DNA of 64,000 nucleotides from Lingula anatina (Eukaryota; Animalia; Brachiopoda). Shown here in pieces: positions 14,440-27,506 of the stretch. How positions within the stretch are numbered: position 1 is the first letter of the stretch; every line of letters starts with the position of its first letter. The stretch lies in NCBI GenBank assembly GCA_051362555.1, contig CM120648.1, positions 19,712,587-19,776,586 of the forward strand. Direction: 5' to 3'. Under the pieces are notes generated by a model. The model was not told the DNA's origin and searched no databases. It worked only from the letters and a program-made list of their open reading frames with translations. The position numbers and the translations under genes are program-made.

Positions 14440-14849
14440 ATAAAGTGTTTATGCGAGCTATCTGTCTTCCGTTCGAGGCTCGGGTGTCCTCTCCTCGCAC
14501 CGAGTGTCCTTATTTAGCTCTGCTCTGCGTCGCCAGATCCGCTCTCCGTGTTCACAGGTCGAAGCTCCTTGTGTAACTGTGTGGGTATATGGTCGTAGAA
14601 AGGTGTGTAGGTGAGTCCGCACCCTCTCACGTCGTGGCTCGAACTGCTCTTAGTCTACTAACATACTGCACTCCCGCCAGGTGGTGTAGACTCGTCTCCG
14701 TAGTTCGGGGAGTGCTTCCGGCACAATCACAACAAGAAGTCCGGAGACATTAGGGTCACGCTCGACGCGATGGCTAGACAGTTTTAAACTCTTTGCTGAC
14801 GGAGAAGGATTGATCGTTTCAGAACCAACGGACGGCATGAATAATGAAC

Positions 14850-15620
14850 AAAGCTAGAAAATTAAAAATACATGACAGAGGAGACGCGCGCTTATGTTGT
14901 ATTCAGCAGGGACAGGTGTACAAGATATTTTCAGGACTCTCCCAAACACAGGTTAGAAACATGAATATACATAAGACAGTTAACGCTTTAAATGAAATTG
15001 GAACACCAGAAACTGTGAGTATGATGAAACCGAAGTAATTTGACAAACCAAGCCAGTCTTAACATTACGAGTTTATAGACATGAAAAACGAAGTAGAAAC
15101 TCCCCGACTGAGAAAACATGGAACGTTGGATCACTTTGCAAAAGTCTGCAAAACTGAAACTATTATTCATGTAAATGACAGCTTTGAACATGATAATCCA
15201 GGAGTGCATATACATTTGGTGTGGGAACCAATGCAATATACACAGAAGACATGGAATAAATAGAGGAGGTGTTAATCTCAGTGTATTACCAGATTCAGGT
15301 GCATATTGTAATATCATTGATGAAAATACATGGAGAATTCTGAAGTCCAAGAAAAATAAATGTGGCTCTTGTGGAGGACCAGAAAACAAACAGTATTATT
15401 CATACACGTCTGAGAAACCTTTAAAAGTGAAGGGAACATTTGAATGTGATGTAAAGGCAAGCAAAGGAAGAGACCGGTAGTAGTGAAAGGACATGGGATT
15501 TGATATGAGTTGATTAGTTTTGAGAATTTTCAGTGTGGTTTAAGGAATAAAAGTTGGAGGTCATATGCTATTCTGCAAATGTTTGAAAAGACATTTTAAA
15601 GACTGAACTGTCAATTAACA
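14850..15620 (+). pseudogene. Highly degenerate gypsy gag-protease fragment
   Basis: Broken frames give ..LYSAGTGVQDIFRTL (gag) and VLPDSGAYCNIIDENTW (protease DSG); many stops and frameshifts. Confidence 0.65.
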
Positions 15621-16187
15621 TGTTTTGAAAGGACCGTTTCTCTCCAAGAAAGGAAGGGATGTTGTGTTTTGACTTGACATTTGAATGAACTGTTGTTAAC
15701 TTGGTAGAGTTACTTGTTCCATTGTTGATTCCTTTAATAATTATAAGCTTGTCAAGGAAAAAATATTTCCCCCTCAAACTCCTCCCCCCCCCCCCCATGT
15801 ATATGCATAATTAATTACAATTTTTGTAATTTGTGTTAATTCAGATTCGATTAGCAGCTTTGTGTTGAAAAAAATGCTGTTATAACTGTTTTCTTTACAT
15901 GTATGTAAGTGACATTTCCTCTTGTTAAGTGTCTGTATATTTGCCTTTTTGCAGTGTAGTTTTTTTTTTTTTTTTTTTTCAAACATACATTGTTTTGTAC
16001 AAAAAGACAAGGAGTGGCCCTTAATTTGTTACATGTTAGTTGCCAGCAAGGTTATATAATGTGTAATAATTTTGTTTAGGGCTTTAGCACAGAATAAATA
16101 CTTGAATTTTGAATCTTGTATGTCTTTTTTTTATAGTAATCTTAATTGAATAATTAAAAATAATTAAAAAAAAAAAAAAAAAAAAAC

Positions 16188-16341
16188 AATCTGGGCCATA
16201 TGTGGTCCATGTCTGGCCCTAATCTGGCCCACATCTGGCCCAGATCTGGCAAGCCATACGTGGGCCATACGTTTTGCCAGACATTGCCAGACGTTGCCAG
16301 ATCTGGGCCAGACGTGGGCCAGATTACTGAGGCTGTCTGGG
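16188..16341. repeat. Short degenerate TCTGGCCC-type repeat array ending GGCTGTCTGGG; probable MITE end
   Basis: About ten ~11-bp variants; partner terminus not seen. Confidence 0.4.
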
Positions 16342-16603
16342 ATATATTGACAGTCTTCTTGTGACCTTGTATAATAGGAACTCATATATTGACAGTCTTC
16401 CTGTGACCCTGTATTTGACTTTTGACTTACCTTTTGTCATGCACTATATTTAAAAAAATTGGCTTTGACCTTTTACTTTTCCCTTTTATTTTTGTAAAAA
16501 GAGACAAAAACTGTTTGTGTCTAGCTCAAAAGCTCAGTTATTTTATTGAGTTTTTTAAATACCATATGGTTTGCCATTTCATACAACCCTTTGTTGTTTA
16601 CAG

Positions 16604-17979
16604 ATGCCATTGAAACAGCTTGTGAGGCATTCCCACGTGAACCTGGCATTGTGACCGTCTTCCCAGCATACAAAGCAAATGAACAGAGTCCACCAATTAT
16701 AGCAGTGCTTGTGAGATTTCCATTCCGTGGACATAAAATGACAGAATATAGGGGATTCACTGTCGATTACTGCTCTTGGGACATGCCAGATATGGAGGCT
16801 CAGAGGGCCATGTTCTCCAAAGAAGCTGAAGAGAATCCAATTCCACCCGAAAAGTCTGCTGAAATTGGACAGGTCATACAACATGAGTCTGAAGAACTTT
16901 TTAATAACCACAAGAACCTGACAATTATTTCAGCATCGCCAGTAAAAGTAACAAGGGGTAAAATAACATGTACACCTTGCATAGTATTATTTTGCCGTGC
17001 AAAAGGTGTTGTGCCGTTAGGCAATTCTTTGTTTCCAAAGTCAATTCAAGGTATTCCAGTAGATGTCCGTGAAGGTTATGCTTTGTTGTCCATGAACAGA
17101 AGTCAGCCTCAAAACCCACGTGAAGTACACTTTGGTCAAAATCCTGGATTTTACAGTAACCCACTAAGGATGGGATGCGGTATTGGACCTAGAAGTTCAA
17201 ATTTGTCAGGGACCTTAGGCATGTTTGTACAACATGAGGGGTCAACATGTTTCCTCACATGCTCTCATGTGTTAGGCATTCCACCACCTGCCATAGGGAC
17301 TGAAGTCTGCCAACCTTCGGATGTAGATCAGGAAACAAACTACTACTATCAGCAAGCCAGTGAGACTGCAAACAGTTCAAGCAATGCTAGAGTTTGTGGT
17401 GTTGTCAGAAAATACATGTTTGGGAATTTTGATAATGAAGATAAACAATATGGAATTGATGCGGCTCTGGTCGAAGTCAAGAATAGAAGAATCCATGGGA
17501 TTCCAGCAGGGTTAGTTCCACAAACAATGCGGGATCTTGTTCTGACACAAAACGAATTAGACTTTAAAAATGCATGTCTTGGATCCATTGAAGATTTGAG
17601 TCCCCGTACAGGCCTTATGTACAAGTGTGGCAGGCAGACAGGTTTCACGCAGGGCATTGTCAGGTTCAAAGATGGCGTGGCTTGCCGACCAGACACTGTA
17701 CAATATGAGACGGGACAGACGGGTGCACCTGTTCATTTTCAAGAAAGGCTTTTATCAATGGTAGAGATATGTGGACTTAGAACTGGAAACAATGACAGCT
17801 TTGCTGTCTGTGGAGACTCTGGAGCTGCAGTGTTCTATTTAAAGGACGGGAAACCCCACATAGTGGGGATGGTGGTGGCAAAGACCTCCTATTCTGCTGC
17901 TTTAATATCACCCATTTGGCCAATATTCAAATTGTTTAACATTGAACTAGCAAGAATAGAGGAGGATATGGAAACTTAG
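16604..17979 (+). CDS. NAL1-like trypsin-fold serine protease, large terminal exon
   Basis: Acceptor TTTGTTGTTTACAG at 16603; uninterrupted frame with GTLGMFV, FLTCSHV (His), GIDAALV (Asp), GDSGAAV (Ser); N-terminal IVLFCRAKG..IQGIPVDVREG resembles the NAL1-type prodomain. Upstream exon(s) not located. Confidence 0.8.
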
Positions 17980-18834
17980 CCATCAATGCCTGAAATGCTG
18001 TACACGACGGATCCTTCTGAAAACATGGCGTAATTTATGGACCATGCACTGAATCATAATTTATCATTAGTTTTGAAGTAGAATGAATAATCATACATTC
18101 ATTATAAAGAATTTAAAGTGATATGGAAACATATTCAAATTTTTTGAAAAGTAAAACTTGTTATATCAGTAAGAGGGATTAGCAGGATTGTTAAAACTGA
18201 AGTTAAATATCTGATTGAATTCTGCACAGTCATGGAAAGTAGTCAACAAACAGCATGAGGGAATATATGATTTGTATTTGCTACATGTGCCTCCTGCAAC
18301 AGCAGATGACAACAACTTTGTCACAGATATATTGACCCCTCAGTTTTCTTTCTACGACAAAATGTTGGTCCTTTTGAGCCAATTTAAGAAATATTGTGAA
18401 TATTTTTTTTTTCTTATAAATAATGTAAATTTCACAATCAAAGTTACAAGAAGCAGATTATCCTGTGATATATGTCAATGTTAAGATCCTTCAATGCGAT
18501 ATAATACAAAATAACAAGCTTATGCTTTAATGCTGTATTAAAGGGGAAAAAAGATATTCATGTAGATATTTTTTTTAAATAATAAGCACATTACACATAC
18601 TATTTACTGTTGTGAAAACATAAATGCAGTTGTATATTGAAAAATTCCACATAACATTTCTAATGGTTGAAACAATTAAAGTGAAAAATGTATTAAAGAA
18701 GACTTAAACCCAGAGTACTATGCAAATGAATTACTATATTAGGCTCAAAAATCCAATAACAAGAAGTGTTCTGAATTATATTCAAGTTCTGTTTAACAAC
18801 ATTTGGATAATAATTATGAGTATTTTTGACCATA

Positions 18835-19264
18835 TTTGTGTACAAGATGTAAGACCAGTAAAAACAGGCACACTGCACCTATTCATTGTCATGATCCTGT
18901 ATATGTTATTATACCCATCTATGTACAAAGTGTGAGACCAGTAGAAACAGGTACACTGTGCACCTATTACAGTGTCATGATCCTGTATATGTTATTATAC
19001 CCATCTATGTACAAGGTGTAAAACCAGTAAAAACAGGTACACTGTGCACCTATTACAGTGCCATGATCCTGTATATGTTATTATACCCATCTATGTACAA
19101 GGTGTAAAACTAGTAGAAACAGGTACACTGCACCTATTACAGTGTCATGATCCTGTATATGTTATTATACCCATCTATGTACAAGGTGTAAAACCAGTAG
19201 AAACAGGTACACTGTGCACCTATTACAGTGTCATGATCCTGTATATGTTATTATACCCATCTGT
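18835..19264. repeat. Tandem repeat, ~85-bp unit, ~5 copies
   Basis: Repeated TGTACAAGGTGTAAAACCAGTAGAAACAGGTACAC..TATACCCATC. Confidence 0.9.
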
Positions 19265-19677
19265 TTAAACTAGCTTATAAATTACTCCTTTAGTTCATTC
19301 CCACAAACAAAAATGGATATTTGTAAAAAGCACTGTATATATGTTAAAAAGCATCCATATGCATTTTATGTAAATATATTCTGATAATGTCAACACCATG
19401 TAATTTATGTAAATATATCCCCTTAAAGATGGCAACACTACAAATACGTGGGAAGGTGTTTTAATATGTAAAAGAATAGTTTGTAAAGTATAGTTTGATA
19501 ATTTTACTAGTGTATGCATGTAAGTCCATTTATTATTTTGATATTATTCAAGGTGGATGTTTTTATATGAAGTATTAAATTATATTTACAAGAACACTGT
19601 ATATATGTAGAAAGTTTTAATAAGCACATTATGTTAATATACATTCCCTGAAAGAAGACAGCACCACAGATATTTAT

Positions 19678-20587
19678 CAGGCCTACCCAACTACCAGACT
19701 CGGCACATAAGGTTCCTGAATTAACCGGTATATCGGACCACACTACCCGTTTTCAAAGGTGTGTGTCAGATCGCATTTCGGAGTATCAGTCAGAACACTG
19801 ACAGGATGAGCCTGCAGTTGTCCTACAAAATTTGTTCTGGGGTATGATACTCCAAAATGCGATATGAAACACACCTTGAAAACGGGTAGTGTGGTCTGAT
19901 ATACCAGTTAATTCAGGATCCTTATCATGTGCCGAGTCTGGTAGTTGGGTAGTGTGTTCTGATATACCGGTTAATTCAGGATCCTTATCATGTGCCGAGT
20001 CTGGTAGTTGGGTAGTGTGGTCTGATATACCGGTTAATTCAGGATCCTTATCATGTGCTGAGTCTGGTAGTTGGGTAGTGTGGTCTGATATACCGGTTAA
20101 TTCAGGATCCTTATCATGTGCCGAGTCTGGTAGTTGGGTAGTGTGGTCTGATATACTGGTTAATTCAGTATCCTTATCATGTGCCGAGTCTGGTAGTTGG
20201 GAAGTGTGGTCTGATATACTGGTTAATTCAGGATCCTTATCATGTGCCGAGTCTGGTAGTTGGGTAGTGTGGTCTGATATACTGGTTAATTCAGGATCCT
20301 TATCATGTGCTGAGTCTGGTAGTTGGGTAGTGTGGTCTGATATACTGGTTAATTCAGGATCCTTATCATGTGCCGAGTCTGGTAGTTGGGTAGTGTGGTC
20401 TGATATACTGGTTAATTCAGGATCCTTATCATGTGCTGAGTCTGGTAGTTGGGTAGTGTGGTCTGATATACCGGTTAATTCAGGATCCTTATCATGTGCC
20501 GAGTCTGGTAGTTGGGTAGTGTGGTCTGATATACTGGTTAATTCAGGATCCTTATCATGTGCCGAGTCTGGTAGTTGGGTAGGCCTG
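19678..20587. mobile_element. Fold-back MITE (hAT-like CAGG termini) with a 63-bp subterminal unit amplified ~11x on the right arm
   Basis: Termini CAGGCCTACCCAACTACCAG / CTGGTAGTTGGGTAGGCCTG; direct TTTAT on both flanks (19673-19677, 20588-20592); ORF 19889..20632 is just the 21-codon repeat. Confidence 0.8.
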
Positions 20588-21992
20588 TTTATGTGTGCAG
20601 AAAGTTACAATATGTTTCATGTACAGGTATGATATTATAGTATACTTTGTTCTCATTCACAGAGTATAGATTGACAGATATCTTAACTTGCTTGTTTATG
20701 TATATAAGTTCATCAATTAGTTTTACATTACCCGTTGTAGATATTTGAATATTTAATTTTTTTTGTATTTTTTAAACACTGTATATGTATAAAAATTTTT
20801 AATATGTAAGTTAAGTAAATGTATTCAGTCAACAATATGAACATCATATATCATATCTTACTTCAGTATATTTATATATTCCCTCAAAGATGTCAACAGC
20901 ATAAATATATATGTATATGGAAAGATGTTACAATACGGAACATATTGAATGTATTTGATCTAATATGAACATACATGTACATTTATGTATATTAGTTCAT
21001 TAATTAGTTTTAGATTATTCATGGCTTTTATTAAATCACCATAAATATATACGGAAAGATGGTTCAATATCTAGCATATGTTAAGATATTATGTAATCAC
21101 TTTTCACTTACAGAGAACTTAGAGTAAAAGATGTTTTGATTTAATAGCTATTGTACGGGTGTGTATACGAGTTCATTTATCAGTTTTAGGTTAATTATGT
21201 GGCTTTTGCAAAATTACCACAATATGGACCTTGCAAATAAACTAATTTCTAATTCAAGTTGTCTTACTTGTATCTTTAAAATATAGGCCTTTATTTCGCC
21301 TTTCTTTTATGATACTTTATAAAAGCAAATTGTATTATTTAAAGAAAGGGAGGGTTCCAGATGTCAGCCACTGAAAATTATAACACTTCAATACAACATA
21401 ATAGTCAAAATTGCTGCCCAGATCACAGTGCTAAAACGTATTTTGATAAAAAAAAAAAAAAATCCTCAGAGAGACCACTAGCCTCCAAAAACATAACATA
21501 TGTTCACCGTGATACAGTTGCTATAAAAGGTAATTCAAATGCAGTCTAAGAGAATATCTTATTCCAATAAACTCTATATCTGGGTACCAATGTGTCATTT
21601 GCCCAATATCTAAAGTAGCCTCAATTCCCAGATATCTTCAGAGAGAGAGTAGAGCGTTTGCCTCTGCTTTATAAACACGGAAACCTCTTATTTTAACTTC
21701 TTCAAATTTTAGTTTCCAGTAAACAACACAGATACGGGGAATTTATATAAAATAATAATAAAAAAAACAAATATAATACTCGCATAAATAAAAAATACAT
21801 ATTTGATGATCTGTAGAAAATATAGAGCCTAAAAGTGCATTTATCAACCTGAAATGTATTAAGTTGAAGCCGTTTGTTATTTTGTGTGTAAACATGCACA
21901 TAAATACCCAGTACATCGACTGCGTATTCTTTTTGTCTCCCTACCGTGTGTTAATAGATATGTTTGAATTAGAATAATAAGATTGTCTTACT

Positions 21993-22290
21993 CAGTGGCG
22001 GATTTAGGGATGGGGTTCAATGGGGTCCTGACCCCCCCCCCCCCTCCTTCGGTTTCTGAAAAAAAATCATACTAAATATTACCCTTTTGAAATGAGATTT
22101 TTAAGTTGCTGATTTATAGTTCTTAACCGTTCCAAAAGGCACCGTTTGGCATTCAAAACACCAAAATATTTGGGGGCCCTTCAGCGGTCCCATAACCCCA
22201 CCACAAGGAGGCTGAGGGTCGGCTTCGAATCCGAGGCCTGTCATTTGTAAAAGACACTGACACCCCCTTCAAATCCTGGATCTACCCCTG
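21993..22290. mobile_element. Short non-autonomous DNA element (CAGTGGCGGAT...ATCTACCCCTG)
   Basis: Imperfect TIRs; related copy at 24299-24566; TSD not clear. Confidence 0.55.
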
Positions 22291-22909
22291 TCTAACCACC
22301 TGTATAATGCGTTCAGGAGACAAAAATGGTATCTTCTTTGTAAAATTGTTTGGCAAATATGTTTTCTCAAAATTTGCATCGTTGCAATTGCTTTTACACG
22401 TTTGAACGTTTTGAAATTATTCTTTCTTTTTATAAGGGGTTGTTTAAACCAAAACCGCCCAAATGTGGGTCACCTTTGATCCCATTGCGCTCCACTTTGT
22501 AATAAGTGAACCCAAACTTAAAGGGATAATAACTCTTCGTTTCGGCCAAAAAATTAATTTTTCCTGGAGTAAACAACAATTTTCCCGTACTTACCAATGG
22601 TTAATGAATCCATTTAGACATTCAGAGTTAGTCCTTGTTTTTTTTCTAAGAAAAGTTTTTTTTTTTTTGTTAAAATCTCTTAAAAGATTTTAACAGAGTA
22701 TAGCCATCAATGGAGGCCACGTGGTCTAAAGACAAACTCAGATATCAGAATAATTAATAGCTATAACTGCCATTTTTGTGGTAAAACAGAATACATTATA
22801 TTTCTATGAGTTATTCACAATGTTTTTATTGTGAAATATAGATTTCATACGAAGAGTTAATTTCCCTTTAATATAAGCACAAAACGAAGGCACAGGAAAA
22901 AATTTACTA

Positions 22910-23076
22910 GGACCGCTCCGTGTCGGCTTCTCAAACAAGGCCTCGTGTACATCATCATGTTCGGGACTGGCGTTGCGTAAGATGACATACATCTGTACGG
23001 CACCCGGGCTATCTATTGTAACTGCAGATGTAAACATGTACAACCAAGCTAGCGTGATAAGGTAGAAAGCTTCCAT
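22910..23076 (-). CDS. Possible first coding exon of a secreted protein
   Basis: MEAFYLITLAWLYMFTSAVTI looks like a signal peptide; possible donor GTAAAT near 22908; no downstream exons identified. Confidence 0.3.
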
Positions 23077-24298
23077 TTGTTGTAAATGTTATCAACGAAG
23101 CTTCTGCGACTCCGTGGTAATTCCACTGTCTTCAACACACGTATTCCTTTGCACGTGGGTTCGAATGCTAGAGTTCTAAATGCAATATTTTTGCTTAATA
23201 AGATTTCTGAAAATTGCATTTTATTACTATAAGAAGTAAAACGTATATACGGTGGGCGGTGGGTCAGACACAGCGCTGTCGTTAACGTGCGCGGTTGCAA
23301 TAAATAAATAAACAAATACAAAATAAAAAAATAAAAATAAAAATCCAAAACGGTCATCAACCGTGGTAACAGAAAGTCACGAGTTCGAGTCCCGGATAAC
23401 GCATATCAGTCCGTCACAACAACGACCTGGCCCTGCAATCAGGAAGTCACGGGAACGAATGCGGCCTCTTGTCGGTCTGGGAAAAAAAACAAAAAAACTT
23501 TTCTATAAGCCGGTATAGTTTAGACTATGTGATCAACTTGGCAACTTATTGCTTATCATAAAGTCTGCGTCGTCAATAACATTTCCTTTTACTTTACTTT
23601 TAGTCTTTTAAATGATGCTTAGGCGGGGATGGTCTTTGTTCTCTCCCCTTTACCTGCTACGCCACGAATCAAACACGAATAAAGTCAGTAGGTAATGGCG
23701 GCATGGTGGCATGCATGTCATACTTCTCAGCAAGTTTTTTTTTTCAAAAGTCATGTCGCGTTATTACTTTACCCAATCATTTTGTTCTTCCATGTCCACC
23801 CCACTGGTTCCCTGCTTATCAGAACTGTTCATATGATCTTACAGTGCCTGGGGCAAATCCACAGTTGACATTTCAAAAGGCAAAACTACTCAAAACTTAA
23901 ACCGCTTTCACAAGTGTGAAACGCTTTGGCTCTCATCATGCTCTATAACGTCACAGGTGCAGACAAAATCAGTGTAATTTCAGTAATCTGTCATTAATCT
24001 CTCTTGAATTAGAAATTTAAATTTGATAAGCTGATTCATAGTTCTAAACCGTACCAAACGGCACCGTTTGCCCCCCCCCCCCCCCCAAAAAAAAAAAAAA
24101 AAAAAAAAAAACACTCCATGGGGGCCGAGAGTCGGCTTCTTATCGGAGGCCTATCATTCCTAAAAAAAACGATCACGTAAGATTGCCACCTGACATTTGG
24201 GTGCCTTGGGGCCTGTGAAAGGGAATCCCCCCCCCCCCCCCCCCCCCCCCGCCCCAGGACGAATAATCTGTATGAACTCTGCAAAGTGGTACGGTGCA

Positions 24299-24566
24299 CA
24301 GTAGCGGATTTGGGGGGTGTCAAGTAGTTCTTGACCCCTTCGATTTCTGAAAAAAACATCAAATCAATGGTCCTCTCTTGAAATTAGAATTTTGCCAAGC
24401 TGAATCACAGTTATCAACCGTACCAAGTGGCACCGTTCGCCCTCTAAAATACCAACATTTTTCCGGTCCCTTAAGCGGGCCCCGGACCCCAGTCCAAAGG
24501 AGGGGGGGGCGTCGGCGTTGCATCCGCGGACCCCCCCCCCTCTCAAAAATCCTGGGTCTGCCCCCG
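24299..24566. mobile_element. Short non-autonomous DNA element, same family as 21993-22290
   Basis: CAGTAGCGGATTT...AAATCCTGGGTCTGCCCCCG with shared internal GGCACCGTT motifs. Confidence 0.5.
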
Positions 24567-25377
24567 TCCGACACCCATATTCTTTCTTAATTATATCATG
24601 CTAGTTTCCAGAGTTTGACTCTCGATTTATACCGGTCACTTAGCAGGTGACAAGATGATACAACGATTAGCGTAGCATTTATATAAGTAATGGATTAAGA
24701 CAGACATGGAGTATTCGTTATATTTAATGATATATTCACACATGGAAAAGTGTATCAACATTTTTGGGCAACAATGTATTTCTTGTTACGTTTTATTAAA
24801 CTTTATTATTGTGTTCTCAGATCTGAGGTTAATTATTTCCACGATATGATTTCTCGCTTGAGAGAGTTATCTTAGGTGGTAGTGACATTAGGAAGCCATC
24901 TCCGTGCGTTTTATTGAAATAACCCCTCTAACAACGCAGGTTTTGCTCTCAGCGGTATCGGTTATCTGGACAACATATTGTTTTCACAGTTTTCACAAAA
25001 TTTGATAAGGGTGGTTCAAAGGAAGGAAAGAAATGATTACAAATTAAACAGGCTCTCGATCTTGTATTCTCTTATGCTTCATTACCATTTACATTTTGGT
25101 GAAGGTTTGCATTCAGTTGTGGGGAGATCTGGAGTTTCATTGGTTTAATTGAGAAATACAGGATGAGGGTAAACTGTGCGTAGTCTTCAGTAGTAAAACT
25201 GGGATATTAAATAAAAAGAATCAAAAAAACGACATACACGTTACCAGAGGAAAGTGGCCTGCAAGTTTGGTTCTTCTCCATCCTCACCTCTCTCCCTCTC
25301 TGTTTCTCTCCATCTCTCTTACTCTCTCCCTTTCCCCCTCTATATCTCCCTCTCTTTTTCTCTCTGTGTGAGTACTA

Positions 25378-25421
<44 letters not shown>

Positions 25422-25686
25422 CACTGTATTTCACATGTACAGTATATGTACACAAGATATTGTTTTAAAACGCCTTAGGTTGTATTGTGCATAGCAATTG
25501 TACAGTATTTTTACAGTGGCTGATTTACTACATTACTATAGCTTTTGTAAGCAACGTGTTCAAATAAACAAAAAATAGTTAATTTTTAGTCCAATTTTGT
25601 TCAATTTTCTTTTTTTTAATCTCCAAACAATTTGCTTTAACATGGAGTAACCCAAGAGAAACATAACCTTTATTTTACATTCTCAG

Positions 25687-27151
25687 GTGAAGCAGAGCTT
25701 TTTGGGAGTTGTACTGAGATGGCTCCAAATCACAAGTCTACAGCACGGCCACTGAGAACCAACGTGCTGCAGGATGAGGTGACCGTTAGTGAGGACGCAG
25801 AAGTGACCATTACTGTGGACAACACAGAGTTCGTGTTCTCTGCCGCCAGCGAGGTGTCAGAGTTCCTGACGTCAAGTTATGACGTCAACGACACGTCATT
25901 AGTTGACACCATCCCGGACCCAGAACCAATGATTTTCTACAGTAAGTCGTAATTTTATCAGTTGAATTCGTTCCAAATATGTGGGAAACTTATTTATACA
26001 CATGAATGACACAAAACACACACATACACACGCGCGCTCACGCACACACACACGCACGCACGCACGCACGCAAAAATAATAATAAATAAACGTTCACTCG
26101 ATAAAAAATGTTGGGCCTTTAGTATGATCTCAAAATTATGGCGATGACGTCGATCTTTACATCTACATGCATTTAACAAACTTGTACAGTGTATCCACTC
26201 AATTTCAACAGTGTGATACTATCAAAAAAAGTTGCCAAATAATATTATTATAAAACCATAATAATGGCCGTAGAAGGTCAAAGTTATTGGTCACGATTAC
26301 TTCATCGCTGTAATTACTAGCGGGATCTCGCGGCTTTGCAGCCTAATGCTAAAGACACAGTTCACTCCAGGGAAATGACCACGGTGAGCTGATAAAGGTA
26401 GGGTTCTTTGATGCCAGTTCGTTTGAAAACTGAGTCGTTCGTCTCAAAACGCAGCCGTTGTTTTGTACCCTTGTAGATAAAATATCTCCAGTTCCTTTTG
26501 GTCCTGATATATTGAGACTGTAAGATATCCGTGGATGGATACCGCATCAGTTCAGATTGTTCTCCGGGACGTCTTGATAACTTAGTTCGGTTTACCCTTT
26601 CAAAGTTTGGCCTTCCAAACATGGGCACCTATCTCGTCTTAGAATAAGAGTTTTTTTTTCGATTTATATCCATAATAAAATATATATATTAAAAGCCGAC
26701 CAAACGACCACTCTCAGTACCATCAAATGAATAACGACTGCATTTAAAAAACCATTTTCTCACACCGGATTGTTTTATCACATCCACAGCTGTCCCAAAG
26801 TGTAAAGTACCTTACGGAATTCTACCGGATCCATCCGACTGTGGTAGATTTATCACTTGTGTCAACGGAGAAGTGGCCAATGCACAGTTTTGTCCTGATG
26901 AAAACAACTTTGACTCCATCACCAGCGTGTGCAAGCACCCACGGGAGGCCATCTGTGAGAAAATGGAGGAACCGCTTAGAAACGTAACCGGTAACGAATT
27001 ATGTATTGAATTTCCATCGTTGTCAAATAAAAAATCATTTCTTTTCATTTATGAATTAATATCAAATATCTAAAAAGCTTTCTTTTTCCATGGAAGACAA
27101 TGCGGTCAGTTGCAAAATGGCTATATACAATATGATTTCCAACAGAGACAG

Positions 27152-27203
<52 letters not shown>

Positions 27204-27469
27204 GTGTCTGAATCAGTTTTTAAGTGGTTTCTAAAGGATTCTTCTTTTTGTCACTTTTGCCATGTAGCTAATTCGACGTGTGAGAAGTTGACGGACCCCA
27301 CCAGGTGTAACACATACATAGTGAGGTGCAATAAAGGACCAGAGTACGGAAACCGGACGTACGACATGTACTACGCATGCCCAGGAAACATGATATGGGA
27401 TGAAGAGAAACTGGCATGTGACGCGCCGAGGAAAGTGAAATGTAATAACAGGACACATTATGGTGAGGA

Positions 27470-27506
<37 letters not shown>

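Noticed and set aside
19889-20632. 247-aa repetitive ORF
   Set aside because: By-product of a 63-bp tandem unit inside a MITE arm.
23370-23400. GAGTTCGAGTCC B-box suggesting a tRNA or SINE
   Set aside because: No cloverleaf and no properly spaced A-box; cannot support a tRNA call.
25033-25105. Possible signal-peptide exon of the chitin-binding gene
   Set aside because: The hydrophobic frame has an in-frame TAA after the ATG and the donor phase is ambiguous.
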